DNA of 64,000 nt from Dehalococcoidia bacterium (GTDB lineage: Bacteria > Chloroflexota > Dehalococcoidia > Lucifugimonadales > UBA3495), in the NCBI GenBank assembly GCA_965208825.1, contig CBDBPP010000002.1, forward strand, positions 229,854 through 293,853, given 5' to 3'. The notes below the pieces were generated by a model. That model searched no databases. It saw nothing but the letters and a program-made list of their open reading frames with translations, and was not told where the DNA came from. This document shows, piece after piece, positions 55,280 through 62,747 of this stretch. Numbering within the stretch: position 1 is the first letter of the stretch; every line of letters begins with the position of its first letter. The translations under genes were made by a program, and so were the position numbers.

Positions 55280-56523
55280 CTGCTCGCCCGCGCCGACTCA
55301 GGCGATATTCTCTCTCCCAGCGATGCCCCCGGCCGGTCGGGGTACGCCAGGCCGGCGATCGCTCCCAGACCGGTCAGCAGCGACAGCGCGATCAGACCTG
55401 TCTGTATCGAGCCGGTCGCCTGCGCCACCGCGCCCACCAGCATCGGACCCAGCGCGAATCCCAGCCCCATGAAGGTCAGGATCAACGCCGTCAGCACCGC
55501 CACCTCCCTCGGCTGCACCCCGGCAAACTCGAACGGCAGCACCTGGATCGCTGGCGTCGCCACCCAGACCAGCCCCAGGCCGGTGATGAACACCATCAGC
55601 ATCGCCGGCCCCTCGGACAGGGTGATCACCACACCGAAGACCACATTCAGCAGGGCCGGTACCACCAGCAGGGTCTTCCGGCTCCGCAGCTTGGTCAGCA
55701 GCCAGCCGCCAAGAAACCCAGAAGGTATCAGCCCGTAGTACAGGAACCCCAGCAACGGCCCGCCCAGCGTCAGCGCCACATCCCTTTCCTCCACCCACAT
55801 CGTCGGCAGGAAGGTCACCATCCCCGTCCAGGTCGCCGACAGGAACAGCATCACCACCGCCAGCAGCCACCCCTGCGGATAGCGGCGCAGCTCCCGCCAG
55901 GGCGAGTGGCCCTCCTCCTCCTCCGTCGTCAGCGGTGGGTGCGGCGGAGCGTATCTCTCCCGCGCCACCAATACCCAGGCCAGGATCTGCGCCGTGAAGA
56001 ATCCCCCCAGCACTGCGTAGGCGATACGCCAGCTGCCCAACCCCTCGATCAGCCAGGGACTCAGGCTGACCGCCAGCGCCAGTATCACGCTGTGCTGCGA
56101 AAGCCCCAGAGACTGCACCAGCGCGTACTGCGTCGGCGCGCACCATTGCCGCAGCATCAGAGCACGGGCCGGTGTGTTCACCGTGTGAAACAGGATGAAC
56201 AGGAACCGCCCCAGCAGCAGAACCCAGAATCCCGTGGCCAGCGCCTGCACGAACAAAAATGGCGCCCCCAGCAACAGCGACACCAGCGCCAGCGGCACCG
56301 GCCGGAAACGCGAGAACCAGGCCCCGAAGGGCATCGACAGCAGCGCAGCCGTCGCCCACCATACCCCCTGCAGCAGCCCGGCCTGCAGCGGCGTGATGTC
56401 CAGGTCCTCCCTGATGAAGGGCAGGAACAGCCCGAAGGTGTACGAGACCAGGATGACGGTGCTCTGCTGGGCGCGGAACAGCATCAGCACGGCCCAGCCC
56501 CGCGGCGGCGTCCGCTCCATCAT
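55276..56523 (-). CDS. MFS transporter
   Basis: About 12 hydrophobic segments, typical length and loop basic motifs. Confidence 0.8.
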   Translation of the reverse strand: MMERTPPRGWAVLMLFRAQQSTVILVSYTFGLFLPFIREDLDITPLQAGLLQGVWWATAALLSMPFGAWFSRFRPVPLALVSLLLGAPFLFVQALATGFWVLLLGRFLFILFHTVNTPARALMLRQWCAPTQYALVQSLGLSQHSVILALAVSLSPWLIEGLGSWRIAYAVLGGFFTAQILAWVLVARERYAPPHPPLTTEEEEGHSPWRELRRYPQGWLLAVVMLFLSATWTGMVTFLPTMWVEERDVALTLGGPLLGFLYYGLIPSGFLGGWLLTKLRSRKTLLVVPALLNVVFGVVITLSEGPAMLMVFITGLGLVWVATPAIQVLPFEFAGVQPREVAVLTALILTFMGLGFALGPMLVGAVAQATGSIQTGLIALSLLTGLGAIAGLAYPDRPGASLGERISPESARASS

Positions 56524-56610
56524 TAACTCAACACAGAGACCACGGAGTTCACAGAGATTCCTTTTGGTCCTCTCGGCGTTCTCGGCGCACTCGGCGTTTA
56601 ATCCGTCCTC

Positions 56611-57492
56611 CTACTCTTGCAGGAAAGACTTGATGACGGCGTAGGATTCGTCCGGCATCTCCTCCGGAATGTAGTGGCCGCAGGGAATCGACTGCCCCCG
56701 GACGTTGGTGGCGTACTCATTCCATACACCCAGCACGTCCTGCGTCCGGCCCACGTACCCGGTGGCGCTCCACAGGGCGAACATGGGCACCGTCACCTTG
56801 TTGTCGAAATCAGCCTCGTCGTGCACCAGGTCGATGCTCGCCCCCGCCCGGTAGTCCTCGCAGGTGGCGTGTATCGTGCCCGGATCACTGAAGCACCGGG
56901 CGTACTCGTCCACCACCTCCGGCGGGAAGGCCTCGGTCGCCTCGGGACCGCGGGCGAAGGATCTCCTAACGAAATGATCGGGGTCGGCGCCGATCACCCT
57001 CTCCGGAAAGTCGTACGGCTGGATCAGGAAGAACCAGTGGTAGGTGTTGGTCGCCATCTCCTTGTTCACTATCTGGAACATCCTGCGCGTGGGTATGATA
57101 TCCAGCACCATCAGCCGCTCCACCCGTTCCTGGTGGTCCTTGGTCAGCCTGTGCGAAACCCGTGCCCCCCGGTCATGGCCCACCAGCTTGAACCGGTCGA
57201 ACCCCAGGTGCGCCATCACGTCCACCTGGTCTTGGGCCATGGCCCGCTTCGAGTAGTTCAGGTGCTCCGCGTCCCCGGGAACCTTGCTGCTGTCGCCGTA
57301 GCCCCGCAGATCGGGCACGACCACCGTGAAGTCCTCGGCCAGCCGCGGTGCGATCTTGTGCCACATCATGTGAGTTTGCGGATATCCGTGTAGCAGCAGC
57401 AACGGAGGCCCGTCCCCTCCCTTGACCAGGTTGATGGTGGCCCCGCCGCTTGTGTCTACCTGCATCCGTTCGAACCCTTCGTAGAAGGCCAT
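56611..57492 (-). CDS. alpha/beta hydrolase, haloacetate (fluoroacetate) dehalogenase / epoxide-hydrolase-like
   Basis: LLLLHGYPQTHMMWH and Asp-nucleophile motif VGHDRGARV. Collinear with haloacetate dehalogenase H-1 type enzymes as I remember them. Confidence 0.75.
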   Translation of the reverse strand: MAFYEGFERMQVDTSGGATINLVKGGDGPPLLLLHGYPQTHMMWHKIAPRLAEDFTVVVPDLRGYGDSSKVPGDAEHLNYSKRAMAQDQVDVMAHLGFDRFKLVGHDRGARVSHRLTKDHQERVERLMVLDIIPTRRMFQIVNKEMATNTYHWFFLIQPYDFPERVIGADPDHFVRRSFARGPEATEAFPPEVVDEYARCFSDPGTIHATCEDYRAGASIDLVHDEADFDNKVTVPMFALWSATGYVGRTQDVLGVWNEYATNVRGQSIPCGHYIPEEMPDESYAVIKSFLQE

Positions 57493-57825
57493 GTCTTTCT
57501 CCCTGTGCGCAAATGTGCTTTAGTGTTTTGCCGTACTTTGTGGTATTCCCCAGCATGGCCGAAGCCCCGCTATACTACCACTCGACACCTCTCCGCCACA
57601 CCGTCTCCCCGGACGGCCCGCTGTGTAACTGTCCCGGAAATCCTTTCCCCGAAGGGAACAATCCCCTCTTCCGCCGGGAGGGGGGTCAGGATGGCCGAAA
57701 ACCGCACCACCAACGCAGAAGTCCGGCCGACAACCGCGCCGGCCCCGCTGCCTGCCAGCCCAACGGCACCGCCCCGCCCATTTCCGATCATCCGCCGGAC
57801 CGCATACTCTCACCGTCCGGTCGGT

Positions 57826-57833
57826 TGTATAAT
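57826..57833 (+). promoter_or_regulatory. candidate extended -10 promoter
   Basis: TGTATAAT lies about 65 nt upstream of the 57897 ATG. Confidence 0.3.
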
Positions 57834-57896
57834 CCCTCAACCAGGCAACCAACCCACAATCGACAGACAGGGCAACTCGAACTGGAGGAGCAAGCC

Positions 57897-59186
57897 ATGA
57901 CTGCCAGCAGCAAGACCCTGGTAATCCGCAACGGAACACTGATCGACGGCACTGGCCAACCTGCCTCGGCCAACGAGGCCGTAGTTATCGAAGGCAATCG
58001 CGTCTCGAGCGTGGGCGCCCTTCCGCCAGGTCTCAACCTCGAGGACACGGACAACTTTGACGTCATCGACGCCGAGGGAAAGTGGATCATGCCCGGTCTC
58101 ATCGACGGCCACTGCCACCTCTCCTTCGGCTTCCCCGCCATCTCCTCCTTCAAATACCCCAGCGCCAAGGGCACCACCAGCCCCGCCTTCAGTGCCATCC
58201 GCGCCGCTCGCAACGCCCAGACCGTGCTCCGCTCCGGAGTCACCAGCATCTCCATTCCCGGCGGCACCTGGTTCATCGAGGTCGGCCTCCGCGACGCCAT
58301 CAACGCCGGCATGGTCGAGGGTCCCCGCATCGCCACCGCCGGACGCTTCATCGTCACCTACGGCAGCATCGGGGACTATGAGCCGTCATGGGTTGGCACG
58401 CCCGAGCATGTCCTGGGCGTCCTGACCAACGACGTCAATGACATGATCACCGAGGTCCGCCGCCAGACCAAGCATGGCGTTGACTTCATTAAACTCGCCG
58501 ACAGCACCTGGGGCGACGACCAGACCATGTCGAAAGAGGAAATCGCCGCCGTGGTGGATGAGGCCCATCGCCGCAACGCCCGCGTTACCATTCACTCCCG
58601 AGGCGCGGGCTCCACCAAGGCCGCAGCCGAGGCCGGCGTCGACTGGATCATGCACGCCGACCTGGCCACCGAGGCCGAGCTCTATTCCGTCGCCGAACAT
58701 GGCGTCCGCGTCATGCCCACCATGACCTTCCTGTTCGAAGCCCTCTCCATCGGCAAGGAAAAGGGACGGGGCGACGACGAGCTCGACCTCATCCGTCGCA
58801 ACACCGAGAGCGCCTGCCGCGTCCTCGAGACCGCTCGCAACCTCGGCGTCAAGGTCCTTTGTGGCACTGACAGCGGCAACTCCCCGGTCATGCCCTACGG
58901 CACCCTCCACGCCAACGAGGCCGAGGTCCTGGTAAAGTACGGCGGCTACACTCCCATGGAGGCCATCGTCGCCAACACCCGCGAGAACGCCTACGCCGTC
59001 GGGCTCGAGGGCCAGCTGGGTACCCTCGAGCCCGGTAAGCTCGCCGACCTGCTCATCCTCGACGCCGACCCGCTGGCCGACATCCGCGTCCTCCAGCGCG
59101 GCGAACACCTGGACACCGTCATCAAGGACGGCCACCGCGTCAACCTCCAGCCCGACGACCCCGAACCCCAGCTAGACCTCTGCTAG
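57897..59186 (+). CDS. amidohydrolase-family protein (metal-dependent, imidazolonepropionase/prolidase-like)
   Basis: LVIRNGTLIDGTG and MPGLIDGHCHL. GGAGG lies upstream of ATG 57897. The 149-codon upstream extension in the track is Pro/Arg-rich and repeat-derived. Confidence 0.85.
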   Translation: MTASSKTLVIRNGTLIDGTGQPASANEAVVIEGNRVSSVGALPPGLNLEDTDNFDVIDAEGKWIMPGLIDGHCHLSFGFPAISSFKYPSAKGTTSPAFSAIRAARNAQTVLRSGVTSISIPGGTWFIEVGLRDAINAGMVEGPRIATAGRFIVTYGSIGDYEPSWVGTPEHVLGVLTNDVNDMITEVRRQTKHGVDFIKLADSTWGDDQTMSKEEIAAVVDEAHRRNARVTIHSRGAGSTKAAAEAGVDWIMHADLATEAELYSVAEHGVRVMPTMTFLFEALSIGKEKGRGDDELDLIRRNTESACRVLETARNLGVKVLCGTDSGNSPVMPYGTLHANEAEVLVKYGGYTPMEAIVANTRENAYAVGLEGQLGTLEPGKLADLLILDADPLADIRVLQRGEHLDTVIKDGHRVNLQPDDPEPQLDLC

Positions 59187-59215
59187 GCGGAGGATTACGG
59201 CGGAGATAGGCATCA

Positions 59216-59821
59216 ATGGATTGGGCCACCAGTGAAGTCGTAACGGTCCTCGCGTTCCTTCTTCCAGGGCTTGTCGCTGCCGCAATCTTCTATTCCCTGA
59301 CGGCATACTCTAGGCCCAATGAATTCGGCTACGTCGTTCAGGCTCTGGCTTTTACCGTTGCCGCCCAGGCGATTAGCTGGATCATCCTGACGCTGGGGGA
59401 TTTGGCCTGGGATGTAGAATCGTGGCCTTCAGGAGTCGAAACTGTCTTCTCCGTTTTCAGCGCCATACTATTGGCCGTTTTCATGGCGTGCCTCGTCAAC
59501 CACGACATCGCTCATAGTTTCTTGCGGAAAATCGGAGTTACGAAGGAAACGTCGTATTCCTCTGAATGGTATTCGGCGTTTCATCGCTTCGACGATTGTT
59601 TTGTTGTGCTTCACCTGAAGGGAGGTCGCCGCCTTTACGGATGGCCTCAAGAGTGGCCGAGCCAGCCAGGGAAGGGGCACTTCATTATCGCTGAAGGCGA
59701 ATGGCTGGTTGAAAGCGAAAGACATCCTCTTAGTGGAGTTTCGATTGTCCTGATACCCGGGCGGGAGGTTGAAATGGTAGAATTTATGGAAACAACGCTT
59801 AGTGAAGGTTCAAAGGAGTAG
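59216..59821 (+). CDS. hypothetical membrane protein (3 TM helices plus a soluble C-terminal domain)
   Basis: TM segments VVTVLAFLLPGLVAAAIFYSL, YVVQALAFTVAAQAISWIILTL and VFSVFSAILLAVFMACLV. The C-terminal part is EWYSAFHRFDDCFVVLHLKGGRRLYGWPQEW... Local GC is visibly lower than in the flanks. Confidence 0.6.
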   Translation: MDWATSEVVTVLAFLLPGLVAAAIFYSLTAYSRPNEFGYVVQALAFTVAAQAISWIILTLGDLAWDVESWPSGVETVFSVFSAILLAVFMACLVNHDIAHSFLRKIGVTKETSYSSEWYSAFHRFDDCFVVLHLKGGRRLYGWPQEWPSQPGKGHFIIAEGEWLVESERHPLSGVSIVLIPGREVEMVEFMETTLSEGSKE

Positions 59822-59824
59822 TTT

Positions 59825-59959
59825 ATGGTAAGGGTGCCGAATCCCCCACCGAGCCAACGGTCTCAAGGAAACAATGGCAAGGGCCGCTCCGCCAAGCCCA
59901 CCAACCGCCAGAAGCCTCCTCCTCCACCGCCGCCTCCTCCAAAGAACAAAGACGCCTGA
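59825..59959 (+). CDS. micro-ORF, 44 aa, cationic with 9 consecutive prolines
   Basis: MVRVPNPPPSQRSQGNNGKGRSAKPTNRQKPPPPPPPPPKNKDA. AAGGAG lies 6 nt upstream of the ATG. Not in the track because it is below 60 aa. Confidence 0.4.
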   Translation: MVRVPNPPPSQRSQGNNGKGRSAKPTNRQKPPPPPPPPPKNKDA

Positions 59960-60009
59960 GACAAGAATTTGCCAGCGCCCACTAACCCGGCACTATATAG
60001 GTCGAGTAA

Positions 60010-60138
60010 ATGGCTAGATTGCCGAACTTGGCGCCAAGCAGGCGAGGGATCGGGCTGAAAGGAGACAACCGGCCTCTGAACGTCAAGAAGCCGCCCCCTC
60101 CGCCACCCCCCTCCTCCTTCAAAGAAAAGGGAGACTAA
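60010..60138 (+). CDS. micro-ORF, 42 aa, paralogue with 7 consecutive prolines
   Basis: MARLPNLAPSRRGIGLKGDNRPLNVKKPPPPPPPSSFKEKGD. Same M-x-R-[VL]-P-N...P-S-x-R...K-Pn...K-x-K layout as 59825-59959. SD is weak. Confidence 0.35.
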   Translation: MARLPNLAPSRRGIGLKGDNRPLNVKKPPPPPPPSSFKEKGD

Positions 60139-60255
60139 AGAGCGAAACTAAGGATACTCAATCAGCCTGTCGAACTGCTTTTTCGATGGGCTGTACACTA
60201 TATCGGACGAACGATTCCAGGCCCCCATCGCATCGCCATAGCCACGGAGCATCCC

Positions 60256-61374
60256 ATGAAAATCACCGGCGTCACCAGCGAAGTCTTTGAGTGGCAGCGG
60301 CCAGGCATCTGGAACGGCGGCCACTTCTACGGCCCAGGCCGCCTCCACAAGGTCACCGTCACCACCGACGAGGGCATCACCGGCTACGGCTGGAACGGCG
60401 GCACCGCCGCCGAACGCCCCATGGAGTTCTTTCCCCTTTATGTCGACTACTTTCGCCCTCTCCTCATCGGCCGCGACCCCACGGACACCCGCGGCATCGC
60501 CGTCGACCTCGGCGAGAAGCTGATCAAGATCCTCGGCCCCGGCGGGCTGAACACCCAGGCCCTGGCCGCCATCAACATCGCCTGCTGGGACATCAAGGGC
60601 AAGGCGTTGGGCCGGTCGGTCCACAGCCTGCTGGGCGGCGCCCAGGACCGCATCCGCACCTACATCGCCGGAGGCTACTACGCCCAGGGCAAGGGCCTCG
60701 AGGAGCTGCAGGACGAGGTCCGCTTCAACGTCGAGGAGCTGCACGCCGGCGCCGTCAAGATCAAGATCGGCGACCCGAACGTCGGCGTGGCCGGCGACAT
60801 GCAGCGCATTGCCGCCGCCCGCGAAGCCATCGGCGACAGCGCCTCGCTGCTGGTCGACGCCAACTGTGCCCTCGACCTCTCCACCGCCATGGAGTTCGCC
60901 CGACTGCTGCCCGACTACGACGTCTACTGGTTCGAGGAACCCCTCCCCATCCACGACTACGAGGGCCACCGCAGGCTCGCCGAAATGTCCAGCGTGAAGA
61001 TCGCCACCGGGGAGAACGGCTACCACCTGGCCCACTTCCGCACCCTCCTCGACCATCACGGAGCATCCATCCTCAACGTTGACGTTGCCATCGTTCCCGG
61101 CTATGACGTCGCCAAGGACGTATGCGACCTCGCGGCGGAGCGCGGCGTAACCATCGCGCCCCACGGCTGCCAGGAGCTGCAACTGCCCCTCGCCGCCGGC
61201 ATCCCCCATGGCGAGTTCCTCGAGTACTACCCCTCCGCCGTAGACCCACTGCGCGACGAGATGTTCTATCCCAAGCTCCGACCCGACGCCGACGGTTTCG
61301 TCACCGTCCCTGACCGCCCGGGCATCGGCTACGAGCTAAACATGGACCTGCTGGACCACTACCGCGTCGGCTGA
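60256..61374 (+). CDS. mandelate racemase / muconate lactonizing enzyme family (enolase superfamily)
   Basis: Motifs GAVKIKIGD, LLVDANCALD and VYWFEEPLP. Confidence 0.88.
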   Translation: MKITGVTSEVFEWQRPGIWNGGHFYGPGRLHKVTVTTDEGITGYGWNGGTAAERPMEFFPLYVDYFRPLLIGRDPTDTRGIAVDLGEKLIKILGPGGLNTQALAAINIACWDIKGKALGRSVHSLLGGAQDRIRTYIAGGYYAQGKGLEELQDEVRFNVEELHAGAVKIKIGDPNVGVAGDMQRIAAAREAIGDSASLLVDANCALDLSTAMEFARLLPDYDVYWFEEPLPIHDYEGHRRLAEMSSVKIATGENGYHLAHFRTLLDHHGASILNVDVAIVPGYDVAKDVCDLAAERGVTIAPHGCQELQLPLAAGIPHGEFLEYYPSAVDPLRDEMFYPKLRPDADGFVTVPDRPGIGYELNMDLLDHYRVG

Positions 61375-61396
61375 GGCCCCCCCGGCCCTGTTCTGG

Positions 61397-61496
61397 CCGC
61401 CAGCCCCGGACACCCGTAAGGGCAGCCCTTGTGGCTGCCCTTGCCACCGCCAGCCCCGGACACCCGTAGGAGCAGCCCTCGTGGCACCCTTTGCCG
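61397..61496. repeat. two tandem copies of a 50-bp repeat
   Basis: CCGCCAGCCCCGGACACCCGTA(A/G)G(G/A)GCAGCCCT(T/C)GTGGC... Copy 1 contains a perfect hairpin GGGCAGCC-CTTGT-GGCTGCCC (61420-61440). It lies between convergent genes. Confidence 0.8.
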
Positions 61497-61517
61497 TCCG
61501 CACCCGGCCTCGCCCCG

Positions 61518-62747
61518 TCACCCCGCCGCGAAGGCTCCCTCGCGGTGCGCCCGCACCCGTTCCGCCAGCGCCCTCACCTGCCCCAGCGTCTCCAGGGGCG
61601 TTCCGGCCAGGTCCAGCGACACCACCTCGATCGCCTTCCCGGAATGCCGGATACGGTGTACGGCAGACCCCGCCTGCTCTCCAGCGTACACCAGCAGCCC
61701 GGAGGGCAGGTTCGCCGCGGTACAGTAGGCCAGCATCCGGTATATGTCCGACTGCTGACCATCGCCATCGGCCTTCGCTGGAGCGTACCGCGTATCACCG
61801 ACGAACAGGCAGCGGCGCCCCCTCCACCACGAGAGTCCTGGCCTTACCCGCACCTGTTCCTCCTCCGCCAGGTGCAGCGCCCGTCCCAGGTTGTGTCCCG
61901 CCGGCCATTCCGATTCCGGCAAACTCAGCTCCTGGCGCAGGGCCGTCCGCACGAAGGTCTCAAATACCCGGTTCATGTCCACCAGCAGCGACGCCCCCAC
62001 CGCCTCGCCGTGCAGGAACTCCAGTAACGTGCTTCCGATGACCAGCCGGGCCATCTCCACTGCCGGCTTGTAGTGGCGATTCAGTCGGGTGTAATGCACC
62101 TCCGGCACCATTCCCCTGCGATAATTCCCCAGCGAGACCGGAGCAAACGCCGGTCGCAGTGCCCCCAGCTGTCGCAGCGTCTCCACCGACCGCACCGGCA
62201 TCCGTCCCAGCAGGTGGATCGCGGTCTTCAGCAGCCGGTTTTCCTCGATATCCACGGTGAAATCGTCGTGGCTTACCTCCACCGGAATCGTCCAGCCGAA
62301 CCTCCTGTTCATCTGGTCCGGTAAACGAATACGCCCCCGGACCATGGCCACCGACTCCTCCTCCGTACGGTATCCCTGCAGCAGGCCGCGCTGGATTGCA
62401 TCCTGAGTGAGCCTGACAAAGGCCGGCACAATCGCCTCGAGAATGTCGTCATCCTCAGCGAGATCGAAGGGGGCATCTCCCCAGTCCCCCGGGCCCAGGG
62501 AAAACCCGACCAGGAACATCACCCGGTCCATGGGAATCCTGGGCCGGATTACCACGTTCAGTTCGCCGCACCGGAACACGCCGACCTGCGACGAGGGACA
62601 CAGCTCCCACGCCAGGTCCCCGGGCCTTCCCGGCGCACTGACTGGCCGTACGCTTACGTGCGCTTCGCCAAGGATCTCCAGTTGTTCCCCCGTAAGCGGG
62701 GCGTCAACCCTGTAGGGCTCTCCCTCACGCAACTGGAGAGTTTGCAT
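61518..62747 (-). CDS. mcrC: McrC-like restriction endonuclease subunit
   Basis: C-terminal nuclease motif FVGDTRY...QSDIYRMLAYC. ATG 62747 (MQTLQLREGE) overlaps the mcrB stop by 23 nt. The longer track ORF extends out of frame into mcrB. Confidence 0.8.
   Translation of the reverse strand: MQTLQLREGEPYRVDAPLTGEQLEILGEAHVSVRPVSAPGRPGDLAWELCPSSQVGVFRCGELNVVIRPRIPMDRVMFLVGFSLGPGDWGDAPFDLAEDDDILEAIVPAFVRLTQDAIQRGLLQGYRTEEESVAMVRGRIRLPDQMNRRFGWTIPVEVSHDDFTVDIEENRLLKTAIHLLGRMPVRSVETLRQLGALRPAFAPVSLGNYRRGMVPEVHYTRLNRHYKPAVEMARLVIGSTLLEFLHGEAVGASLLVDMNRVFETFVRTALRQELSLPESEWPAGHNLGRALHLAEEEQVRVRPGLSWWRGRRCLFVGDTRYAPAKADGDGQQSDIYRMLAYCTAANLPSGLLVYAGEQAGSAVHRIRHSGKAIEVVSLDLAGTPLETLGQVRALAERVRAHREGAFAAG

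Noticed and set aside
56540-56606. Short tandem CGCCGAG 9-mers (three copies) and an adjacent TCTCTGTGAACTCCGTGGTCTCTGTG motif between the MFS and dehalogenase genes. It looked like another repeat family.
   Set aside because: There is only one copy in this window, so family status cannot be shown from the sequence. It is noted but not called.
57450-57896. 149-codon N-terminal extension of the amidohydrolase ORF.
   Set aside because: It is Pro/Arg-rich, spans hairpin repeats and a promoter-like TGTATAAT, and the enzyme's conserved N-terminus starts at ATG 57897 behind GGAGG. Similar spurious extensions were trimmed at 48656, 50841, 54305, 33048, 5767, 8909, 23057 and 39948.
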